From Candidatus Kaiserbacteria bacterium (lineage in GTDB: Bacteria > Patescibacteriota > Minisyncoccia > Phycocordibacterales > UBA2100), in contig CP066682.1 in the NCBI GenBank assembly GCA_016432285.1, positions 794,274 to 858,273 of the forward strand: DNA of 64,000 bases. The letters run 5' to 3'. Below are positions 1 through 9,859 of this stretch, piece after piece (position 1 is the stretch's first letter; every line of letters begins with the position of its first letter). The notes beneath the pieces are model-generated. The model ran no database searches. It saw only the letters and a list, made by a program, of their open reading frames with translations, and was not told the DNA's origin. A program made the translations under genes and the position numbers.

Positions 1-39
1 TTCCCCTACTCTAGCAAGCGGGTCGAAAGATTCCAATCG

Positions 40-2526
<2,487 letters not shown>

Positions 2527-2579
2527 ACGTAGGGGTCATCCTACCGCAAATCATCTTTTGGCGCGATTTAAAACCAGGA

Positions 2580-2605
2580 GCCCGCGTCGCTTAAACGACG
2601 CGGGC
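2580..2605 (-). terminator. Putative intrinsic terminator after the 99-aa gene (GC hairpin gcccgcgtcg-cttaaa-cgacgcgggc followed on minus strand by T-rich tcctggttttaaat)
   Basis: Perfect 10-bp GC-rich inverted repeat 7 nt downstream of the stop at 2612; T-run follows on the minus strand. Confidence 0.4.
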
Positions 2606-2611
2606 CTTATT

Positions 2612-2911
2612 TCACGGAGCAGGTCCGTAGCGCACTTTCTCTGCTGCGACGATCAGCGAGCCGACGCTGAACGGGTGCTCCAGTTCGAGCCGCCGCAAGC
2701 CGAACCGCTGGATCACGAGCTTTGCAATCTCGCTCGCTTCCCCCCATGCGAGCGGCATGCCATCGCTTACCTCTTTGGCGCGGGAGACGCTGCGCAATCG
2801 CTTGGCGAGTCGCATCACGTAGGTCTGCACGCTCTCGTCGCCAGGATTGCTTGCCGGCAATCCCGTGCCTTCTACCACCAACTTTTCTCGAATCTGCACT
2901 GAAGCAGTCAT
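2612..2911 (-). CDS. Hypothetical 99-aa protein
   Basis: Clean ORF with ATG; preceded by ~300-nt leader with putative promoter; no family recognised from sequence. Confidence 0.45.
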   Translation of the reverse strand: MTASVQIREKLVVEGTGLPASNPGDESVQTYVMRLAKRLRSVSRAKEVSDGMPLAWGEASEIAKLVIQRFGLRRLELEHPFSVGSLIVAAEKVRYGPAP

Positions 2912-3178
2912 GGCGCTCTCCTCAATGAGAAAAGCCTCGTCGCTGCAAAGATCCTCTCGAATCCATTCAAGGACGAAGCTTTTGCTTTCGTGTGTACCAC
3001 CTTGTTTCGCCCGCGCATCGCTGCGAAGGCCCTCTGTAGCTGGCTCCGCTCTTGCGACACCAGCGTCCCTGCTTACGGTAGGGCCTCCGTCGCGATTTAT
3101 TAGATCGCGCAGCTCAGGGGTCGGTTCTCCTTCGACAAGCGGAGGATACTATTCCCGTCAACGCTTTTCTCCGCTTTT

Positions 3179-3206
3179 ATCCTACCGGAACATAGAGAGG
3201 CGTCAA
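3179..3206 (-). promoter_or_regulatory. Putative sigma70-like promoter (-35 TTGACG, 16-nt spacer, -10 TAGGAT) for the 2612-2911 gene
   Basis: Reverse-complement of 3201-3206 is TTGACG and of 3179-3184 is TAGGAT with 16-nt spacing; lies just downstream (minus sense) of the terminator at 3254-3284. Confidence 0.3.
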
Positions 3207-3253
3207 CCCCTTACCACTTTTGCATCAACAAAAGTGGTAAGGGGTCAACATAT

Positions 3254-3284
3254 AAAAAAACGATCCCTCCGGAGGGAGGGATCG
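3254..3284 (-). terminator. Intrinsic terminator on minus strand (10-bp stem cgatccctcc/ggagggatcg with GGAG loop followed by T7 run)
   Basis: Plus strand reads aaaaaaa-cgatccctcc-ggag-ggagggatcg; on the minus strand this is hairpin then TTTTTTT. Confidence 0.5.
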
Positions 3285-3297
3285 TCCGAGAAAGCCC

Positions 3298-3342
3298 TTA
3301 GCGGCGCTTTTTCTTCGATGCCTTCTTCTTTTTCTTCGCCAT
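3298..3342 (-). CDS. Micro-ORF encoding 14-aa Lys/Arg-rich peptide MAKKKKKASKKKRR immediately upstream of the terminator
   Basis: ATG at 3342 to TAA at 3298, ten nt before the strong terminator hairpin; no SD; could be leader peptide, tiny basic protein or chance. Confidence 0.2.
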   Translation of the reverse strand: MAKKKKKASKKKRR

Positions 3343-3508
3343 ATGATTTAAATTTTTGCTCGAGCTAACGATCGACCCGCATGCACGCTTTATGCGAAGA
3401 TGCGCTTACATTTTTCATTATTGCACTGCGCTCGCACTCTGTACGTTTTTTATGAAATGCATGTGGATAACTTTTCATGCGTATCTATCACAAAAAAATT
3501 TAAAACAG

Positions 3509-3539
3509 AAAAGATTCAATGCGGAGGACGGGTGCGAGC
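3509..3539 (+). repeat. Copy 1 of 31-nt direct repeat aaaagattcaatgcggaggacgggtgcgagc
   Basis: Identical 31-mer recurs at 3664-3694; between copies lies a perfect 9-bp/3-nt-loop hairpin (ggggaaact-aca-agtttcccc, 3591-3611) and palindrome aaagctaaagcttt. Confidence 0.8.
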
Positions 3540-3663
3540 ACGCAAAAGCTAAAGCTTTGAAAACCCACGGTTTTCAATTCATTCCTCCACGGGGAAACTA
3601 CAGTTTCCCCGACCCCCTTCGACACTTTGGAGCTCGTCAGAAAGTACTACCGCGTTCGCAAAC

Positions 3664-3694
3664 AAAAGATTCAATGCGGAGGACGGGTGCGAGC
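3664..3694 (+). repeat. Copy 2 of 31-nt direct repeat aaaagattcaatgcggaggacgggtgcgagc
   Basis: Exact match to 3509-3539; repeats fall in different reading frames of overlapping track ORFs so are non-coding. Confidence 0.8.
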
Positions 3695-4045
3695 TCCAAA
3701 GTAGAAAGTCTATGTGAGTGCCGCCGCCCTCCGCGCTGAATCCTTTCCTTGTAAAAGCCTAGCACCGCATATTCGTTTGACAACAGTACTTGCGCTGGAG
3801 CACGGCGGCGATAGAATATCTCTGTGAGTGTCACTTTTGTGTGGCCCTCCAAGAAAGTCGCGTAGATCCCGCCTTCGGCGGGGTTTGCGTTTCTGCACAG
3901 TACCCGAGCGAAGCTCGGGCTTGGATGCGCAGAAATGCAAACCCGGCCGGAGCTGGGGACCCGTGCGAAGCACGGGGAAGCGAGGCGGGCCCGCGAGCGC
4001 TTGCGAAGCAAGCGACTTGTGGGGTTTGCGTTTATGGGGCACCTA

Positions 4046-6385
4046 CTAGAGAACGGGCTTGCCGCTGCGGATATCCGAAATCAGCGAATCGGCTTGCGAC
4101 TTGGCGTCGGGGAAGAGCCGTCCGATCTCTTCAAGCGCGCTGATCGCGCGGGCGCTGTCGCCTTGCCCGTAGTAGGCCGCGGCGAGAGTGAAGCGTGCCT
4201 GTACATCTTGCGGATCCGTCTGCACCCGCGCCTCCCAGATGACGGCGATCTTGTCGTACCTCCCAGCCTGCGCGTACGCAGCCGTGATGCGCGAGTCGGC
4301 GGCGCGGCCGGTCGGGATCACAGGCGCTAAAAGTTCGTCGGCGAGCTGCGCCTCACCAAAACGGATTGCGGCGGCGGCGTAGTACAAGCGAGCGTCGACA
4401 TTCTCCTCGAGCAGCTCGAATGCTTGCTTGTAGGTGGCAAGTGCCGCATCCACTTGACCCTGCGCGAGCTGCGCTGCGGCGATTTCATACATGATCGTTT
4501 GTTTTTTCGGCGAGAGTGAAAGCGCCCGCTGCAAAGCCGCGAGTGCACCCGCGTCGTCGCCGTATGCGCCAAGCAAGACACCCAAAAAGAGCGGCGGACG
4601 CGCGTCGAGCGGAGAATCTTCCGCCTGCTTTTGCATTTCGCTTATCGCAAGGTCGAGAAATTGCTTTTTGAGCTCATTCGGGACGCCCTGAGCATTGGAG
4701 AGCTGCGCGGTTCCCTGCACGAGCTGCTCGCGGATCTCCTGACTGCCGTACGAATTTTGCGCGAGCGCTTTTTTGAAATACTCCAGATTTTTCGTCAGAC
4801 CCTCCTGCTGCGGCGCGATCGCCTGCAAGAGGAAGCGGTTGGTGGCAAGCGCCTTCGCGTTGACCGCGTATGCCACTCCCCACACGCCGATCACCGCCAC
4901 GATAGCCACGATGGGCAACGTGCGGATGGGCAGCAGCGATGCACGAAGAATAGGCGCGGCCGATTGCGAGGCACGCCACGCGATGTATCCGAGCGTCGTG
5001 GCAAAGAGCAGGTAGCTCGAAATGTTGTCGAAGACAAAGAGGTTGTGGAAGAAGTATGCCGCGAGGAGACCGGCAAAGATCGAACGCTCAATCGGCGTGA
5101 AGGCGGGCCTCCAGAGTGCCGCAAACGCCGCGCCGAAGATGGAAAGGTACGCGATGAGCCCGAGAAAGCCGCCCGCGACGAGCCAGTCGAAAATCGAATT
5201 GTGCACGCGGTCAAACCACTGCTCGGCCCCATACATGCGCGGGTCGTAGTATTTGTCGAAGACGAGTGCGTAGTTCTCCTGTCCCCATCCGAGCAGCGGG
5301 CGCTCCTTCACGCCCTCCCAGGCCATGCCCCAGTTGAGGAAACGGGCCTGGACGGTGGCGTCGTTGATCGAGATCGTGGAGAGGCGGTTCAAAAAGCCGA
5401 TGCCCTGTACGAAGGCTGTGTTTCGTGCCAGGAAGAGCCCGGTGCCTGCGATCACCAGTGCGAGTGCCCCAATGCCGATCCACTTCCAGATTTTTACTGA
5501 GCTTGAAGAAGTGGCGTAGAGGAGCGCGCCGAGCGCCACTCCGCCGAAGAGGCCGAGCATCGTGCCACGCGTGCCGGTAGAAAAGAGCACGAGCACGTCG
5601 AGCGCCAAGATGAACGACAACAGATATGCGCGGGTTTTCATGAGGAGGTACACCGCAAGACCGTCGACGAGGAGCAGCATCGCATACGGAAGCCATGCCG
5701 ATCCCTTCACGTTGGAGGCGACGACCGCCACAGAGATAGCGACGATACCGCTCACCACGATACGCTCTGCGCTGGACCAGCGATCCTTTCCTGTCTGGTG
5801 CAAAAGCAGTGCCGCGATAAAGACATGGAAGAGCATGTACGCGGCGAGGTAAATCGGGTTGCCGAAGGTCGCGTCGAGACGCGCCGTGAGCCCGGCGGTG
5901 CCGCCCTGCCCGAGGGCCATGGCGCCGACGAGCTGCATCAGAGAGAGGATGGCCACGAGACTAGAGATCGCGAGCGAAACCTCCCAAAGCCGTCGCCACA
6001 ACTTTTCCGTATTCAAAACAGAAACCGCGGCGACGAGATACGCGAGCAAGTGCGCGAGCGTGACCCAGCCGTCCATGCGCTCGTAGTTGCTCCAGAAGCT
6101 CTTCGCAGGATACGCGCCGAGCGCGTCGGCGATGCCGAGCAGAGCTACGAACGCCGCAAAGGCGAACAGAATCCACGATTTTCTAGGCCGGTACGCCGGA
6201 TCAGTGAGTGCGAGCGCGATCCACGCGCCCGCCACCACCTCGACGAGGATGCGAAATGCGAAATTTTTGCCGGTGATGAACGGGAAGAAAAGAGATTGCG
6301 CGACAATGAAGACGATAAAGGGAAGCGCGAAAACGCCCCCGATCGCCACCCATCGCAGCGCGCTCTGTACAGCCATGCCCGCCAT
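4046..6385 (-). CDS. O-antigen ligase (Wzy_C)-like polytopic membrane protein with C-terminal TPR repeat domain
   Basis: About 11 predicted TM helices plus a large periplasmic loop typical of Wzy_C ligases, then about 250 aa of TPR-like Ala/Leu-rich repeats (LGAYGDDAGALAALQRALSLSP...). Confidence 0.65.
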   Translation of the reverse strand: MAGMAVQSALRWVAIGGVFALPFIVFIVAQSLFFPFITGKNFAFRILVEVVAGAWIALALTDPAYRPRKSWILFAFAAFVALLGIADALGAYPAKSFWSNYERMDGWVTLAHLLAYLVAAVSVLNTEKLWRRLWEVSLAISSLVAILSLMQLVGAMALGQGGTAGLTARLDATFGNPIYLAAYMLFHVFIAALLLHQTGKDRWSSAERIVVSGIVAISVAVVASNVKGSAWLPYAMLLLVDGLAVYLLMKTRAYLLSFILALDVLVLFSTGTRGTMLGLFGGVALGALLYATSSSSVKIWKWIGIGALALVIAGTGLFLARNTAFVQGIGFLNRLSTISINDATVQARFLNWGMAWEGVKERPLLGWGQENYALVFDKYYDPRMYGAEQWFDRVHNSIFDWLVAGGFLGLIAYLSIFGAAFAALWRPAFTPIERSIFAGLLAAYFFHNLFVFDNISSYLLFATTLGYIAWRASQSAAPILRASLLPIRTLPIVAIVAVIGVWGVAYAVNAKALATNRFLLQAIAPQQEGLTKNLEYFKKALAQNSYGSQEIREQLVQGTAQLSNAQGVPNELKKQFLDLAISEMQKQAEDSPLDARPPLFLGVLLGAYGDDAGALAALQRALSLSPKKQTIMYEIAAAQLAQGQVDAALATYKQAFELLEENVDARLYYAAAAIRFGEAQLADELLAPVIPTGRAADSRITAAYAQAGRYDKIAVIWEARVQTDPQDVQARFTLAAAYYGQGDSARAISALEEIGRLFPDAKSQADSLISDIRSGKPVL

Positions 6386-6411
6386 TCTAGCACGCGGAAA
6401 GAAGGAGCACG

Positions 6412-7479
6412 CTAGAGCGGCTTGATGCGCGTCCTCCCTGTCCCTCGCTTCGGGTACGAGGTCCTGAGCACCTCTATCACACGTACCCCACTTTCGATCG
6501 AGAGGGGGGAATCAGAGGGCCTGATCTTCTTTTCCAAGATGTCCCGGATGTGGAGCGTCTCACGATAGAAATCATCGGGCCGTTTTTTGTCAAAAACCTT
6601 CTGCTGGGGCTCCGCATCTTTCTTGCCCTTCCATCGCACGACATCACCGCGCGGATCACCGTTGCAGATCCACTCGACGAAGCCTTCTCTTCCCTGTGCG
6701 CGCGCCCACTTGCGCGTCGGCTGCGTTATCACATCCTGCACGACGCGACCCATCTTCTTTTTGTCGGTAACGAGCGTGAAGGCCGCGATCGCGTCGTACT
6801 CGACCTTCCCCTCCTTGCGCATATCGTAGACTGCTGTTACCTCTTTCCACGTCCCAAGACCCGCCTCGCGCGCAAAGTACTGCCAGAGGTGCAGCGCGTG
6901 CGAGTGCTCTCCCGAAGCACCGCCGCCCCGAGAAATGAAGCCTAAATAGGTGTCAGCCGGCCCGTGCAACCAGGGATGTGCCTTGAAAATGCCGGCCCAG
7001 TGCTCACGGAATTCCACATCGAGTGCGAGTATTTCGCCGGCGATTTTTTTTCGAAGGAGCTCAGCCATGTACGCACTCGCTTCCGCGACACCGTGATCGT
7101 ATCCGACGAGCAGAATCGTCCCCTGTTTTTTCGCTTTTTCGACGAGCTCTTTCAACCCCTTTGCCGTCGGCTCACACAGCGGTTTTTCCAAAAGTATGAG
7201 TTTTGGTTTTTCCTTGAGTGCTTGGAGCGCGACTTTCATGCGCACGTCCGGAGGCGTGCCGATCATGATGATGTCGTACTCGCCTTTCGGCTCCTCCCCG
7301 GATACGAAGAGCTTGATTGAATCGTCCCACGAGCCATAGCGCGTGGGGTAGATTTCTTCGCGCATGCGCCGAAGCGCTCCTGAATCGATATCCGTAACGG
7401 TAACCTTCCAGCCCATGCGTCGTGACGCCTGAGTCAGATGATTCCCAATCGATCCTGCGCTGATGACTTTTACGTGCAT
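6412..7479 (-). CDS. Gfo/Idh/MocA-family NAD(P)-dependent oxidoreductase (start at internal Met MHVKVISAGSIGNHL)
   Basis: Rossmann GxGxxG directly after chosen start; C-terminal alpha/beta dimerisation domain; upstream 27 codons of the track ORF judged read-through. Confidence 0.7.
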   Translation of the reverse strand: MHVKVISAGSIGNHLTQASRRMGWKVTVTDIDSGALRRMREEIYPTRYGSWDDSIKLFVSGEEPKGEYDIIMIGTPPDVRMKVALQALKEKPKLILLEKPLCEPTAKGLKELVEKAKKQGTILLVGYDHGVAEASAYMAELLRKKIAGEILALDVEFREHWAGIFKAHPWLHGPADTYLGFISRGGGASGEHSHALHLWQYFAREAGLGTWKEVTAVYDMRKEGKVEYDAIAAFTLVTDKKKMGRVVQDVITQPTRKWARAQGREGFVEWICNGDPRGDVVRWKGKKDAEPQQKVFDKKRPDDFYRETLHIRDILEKKIRPSDSPLSIESGVRVIEVLRTSYPKRGTGRTRIKPL

Positions 7480-7523
7480 GTATTTAATACGTGGAGTGAT
7501 AGTAGACCCGGTGATACGGCGTG

Positions 7524-7940
7524 TCAAAGAATACCCGCGCTGGTAAAGATCCGCACCCACGCGGATTCAATGTCGTTTCGCTCTGCGTACTCCCGTATCT
7601 CCGCAAGAGTCATAAACCGAACGAATTCATGCTGATCTCGTTCCCGATGGCGTGGCTCTCCATCCCACTTACTCACTTCGTAGACCCACCATTCGTGCGA
7701 GTCAGACCCCGCGTAACAGGGATTATTTTCAATGACCTCGTGGAAGACGAGCTTCATGGCCTTTGCAGTCACGCCTGCTTCTTCAAACAATTCACGCTTC
7801 AGAGCGTCTTGCGGTAATTCGCCCTCATCAATGTGTCCCGCCACCCCGGCGAGACCTTTCGGAATTTTTTTTCGGTAGAGCACGAGCACATCGCCGCCGC
7901 GACGAAGGATCGCACCGACACTCCCGCGCGGGCACCGCAT
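7524..7940 (-). CDS. NUDIX hydrolase
   Basis: Nudix box GHIDEGELPQDALKRELFEEAGV (GX5EX7REUXEEXGU). Confidence 0.85.
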   Translation of the reverse strand: MRCPRGSVGAILRRGGDVLVLYRKKIPKGLAGVAGHIDEGELPQDALKRELFEEAGVTAKAMKLVFHEVIENNPCYAGSDSHEWWVYEVSKWDGEPRHRERDQHEFVRFMTLAEIREYAERNDIESAWVRIFTSAGIL

Positions 7941-7941
7941 A

Positions 7942-8412
7942 CTATCTTTTTTTCTTTCCTTTCTTCTGCTTACCTTTCTCGTACGTGAGCTTGAGACGCT
8001 CCACGAGCTCCTCCGGCGTGCTGACGATGTCAGTAAAGAGAACTTCGCGGCAGATCTCTCCGCCGTTTTCCGCGGGACTTTCTCGTTCGAGCGCGTAGAT
8101 TACCATGTCGCGGCCATGTGCAAATCCGACTTCAAGCGTGGTGTTGACGCCGAGGTAACCGTTGCGGTTAAACACGAAACACACATCAGCTTTCCGGATA
8201 CGATCAAAGTGCCGTAGTACAAGTTCCGGCACCTGTTTCTTGTAATCCTGCGAGGTCAAACGTTTGTGCTCGGGCATCTCACGGAAATCCCTTCTGAGAT
8301 TGCCAAAATCAGGCACGAGGACGAGCGGCACACCGAGTTGCCGTAAACGATCAGCGAATTCCTCGATCTCTTCGCTGTGCCGCATCGAACCGCAAATGAC
8401 TACACTTTTCAT
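7942..8412 (-). CDS. Nucleoside 2-deoxyribosyltransferase-like (Rossmann-like, N-terminal VVICGSMR motif) protein
   Basis: 156-aa protein with the flavodoxin-like fold signature of the NDT/YtoQ family; adjacent to Nudix, DeoC-like and HAD genes. Confidence 0.4.
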   Translation of the reverse strand: MKSVVICGSMRHSEEIEEFADRLRQLGVPLVLVPDFGNLRRDFREMPEHKRLTSQDYKKQVPELVLRHFDRIRKADVCFVFNRNGYLGVNTTLEVGFAHGRDMVIYALERESPAENGGEICREVLFTDIVSTPEELVERLKLTYEKGKQKKGKKKR

Positions 8413-8416
8413 ACGT

Positions 8417-9220
8417 TTAGAGAAGCGCTTCCCGCAGCGTCGGCGCTTTGCGGTAGCTTAAACCGATGAGCGTTGCTCCGGCATTAATGAACGAACGTAC
8501 GTTCGTTGTCTCCACGCGGCCGGCAATCTTGATGATGAGGGGATATCCCTTTTTGACGATGTGATCACGCATGGCGCGCAGGTATTCAAAACGCGTATCG
8601 TCCTTGAAATCAAGTGTTGTATTCGGCGGAAGCAAAAAGTTCTCGCGCGTTGTCCAATCTTTCACGCAGTAGACACCAGATTCTGCGAGAACATCCAAAA
8701 GCCAGGGAACCGATTCTCTATCAAACTGCCACAGATACGGGATCTGCGAGATTACTTTGATTTCCGGGAGATGTTTGCGCACCGCCGCAAATTCTTGCAT
8801 CAACGTGTCTTTATCGCGTTTCTGCACCGCGTGGAGATTGACGACCACATCCGCTCCTGCGGCACCTGCGCTCTTTGCGACCTTCGCTTGCGCTTCTTTG
8901 CCTTCCACACCCGAAAGGCCATCCGCAAAATCGATGAGAACTTCAGGCCGCACCGGACTGCCGGACAAGAGGGCCACGAGCTCCTCGATCTCAGCCGGAT
9001 GACACAGTGCGCATCGCGCCGGCATACCGGGAGCTACAGCCCGGGCAACCTCGCTCATTTCTTTGAGCGGATTATCGTACTTCCCCAACGCGGCATAAGT
9101 ATTGGCAAAAGCATATGAGAGATCGAAACGCTCCGCGGGATCGCGGATATCGCCTGGTGTCGCGGGTGCAACAGAGCCCATACGTGTGCGCACTCTAAAA
9201 CAAAAGCCGTGCCTCGGCAA
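8417..9220 (-). CDS. DeoC/LacD-type aldolase (deoxyribose-phosphate aldolase-like)
   Basis: Matches DeoC blocks: ADVVVNLHAV (ADEVDVVFPY), IKVISQIPYL (LKVIIETGEL), VYCVKDWTT (Schiff-base Lys DFIKTSTG), IKIAGRVETTN...AGATLIGLS (FKPAGGVRTAE...RFGAS); exact start (M1 or M14) uncertain. Confidence 0.55.
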   Translation of the reverse strand: MPRHGFCFRVRTRMGSVAPATPGDIRDPAERFDLSYAFANTYAALGKYDNPLKEMSEVARAVAPGMPARCALCHPAEIEELVALLSGSPVRPEVLIDFADGLSGVEGKEAQAKVAKSAGAAGADVVVNLHAVQKRDKDTLMQEFAAVRKHLPEIKVISQIPYLWQFDRESVPWLLDVLAESGVYCVKDWTTRENFLLPPNTTLDFKDDTRFEYLRAMRDHIVKKGYPLIIKIAGRVETTNVRSFINAGATLIGLSYRKAPTLREALL

Positions 9221-9224
9221 GAAT

Positions 9225-9857
9225 TTAAAGATGCGGTTCTATCTCCGATACGGAGCGTACAACCGTGAAGCCGCGACCGTTCCACTCGTCGACTGCATCT
9301 CCTATACCGATAAACCTGCACCCAAAAATCTCAGCGGCACGCCGATCCCCTTCCCCATCGCCGACGAACACGATTTCGGAGCCATTCACTCTCTCGCGCT
9401 GCGCGATCGACGCAAGATTTTCTCTCTTACTGTGGGAGGAGCCGAGAAACGCTTTAAAATACTGCGCGATGCCGAGTTCACTGACCGTCCGCTCGAGCGC
9501 ACCATCGGGATTATTGGAGTTGATATAGAGCGGATACTTTTTTGAGAGTCGTTCCAGTACGTTACGCACTTCTGGCAACACGCCAAGCTGCAAAATCTCG
9601 TTGCGAGTGATTGCATCGTACCGCTCCGCGTACCGTTGTACCGCATCCTCACTCTCTCTTCCGAGCCGTTTCAGAGTACTTCTGATGATATCGAAGCGGT
9701 TCCCTCGCGCCTCTGAGAATTCTTGTCGTGCAGCATCCGATTCGGTTTCGGGCACCTGTTCACCGAAATCGCTGAAAATCCTTTTGAATGCCTCTTGCTT
9801 CAGGGTTTCAGATGGCACGATCACACCATCGAAATCGAACACAACGACCTGCACCAT
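9225..9857 (-). CDS. HAD-superfamily phosphatase
   Basis: N-terminal DxD motif VVVFDFDGVIV, motif III/IV VGDGEGD. Confidence 0.8.
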   Translation of the reverse strand: MVQVVVFDFDGVIVPSETLKQEAFKRIFSDFGEQVPETESDAARQEFSEARGNRFDIIRSTLKRLGRESEDAVQRYAERYDAITRNEILQLGVLPEVRNVLERLSKKYPLYINSNNPDGALERTVSELGIAQYFKAFLGSSHSKRENLASIAQRERVNGSEIVFVGDGEGDRRAAEIFGCRFIGIGDAVDEWNGRGFTVVRSVSEIEPHL

Positions 9858-9859
9858 GG

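Noticed and set aside
3340-3500. Chromosomal replication origin (oriC) at the AT-rich DnaA-box patch
   Set aside because: Only one perfect DnaA box, no DUE-like repeated AT 13-mers and no dnaA/dnaN nearby. Flanking genes on both sides are on the minus strand, which is inconsistent with divergent leading-strand bias.
3509-3694. Possible CRISPR array from the two identical 31-nt repeats
   Set aside because: Only two repeat units, spaced 124 nt apart rather than 30-40 nt, and no cas genes in the window. Kept as a repeat finding, not a CRISPR call.
2912-4045. Known structured RNAs (5S rRNA, SRP RNA, RNase P RNA, tmRNA, 6S RNA) in the non-coding island
   Set aside because: None of the conserved cores I know could be found by eye on either strand: the 5S CCGAAC/GGGAAC motifs, the SRP GGAA/AGCAG domain, RNase P P4 and GNRA/A-rich modules, or a tmRNA tag ORF ending ALAA. 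A covariance search is still warranted.
7029-7036. A8/T8 homopolymer inside the Gfo/Idh/MocA gene and oligo-Lys codon runs at 30225-30244 and 3313-3339 as phase-variation tracts
   Set aside because: The tracts are short (8 or fewer) and mixed A/G codons. No evidence of length heterogeneity can be seen from a single sequence; noted only.
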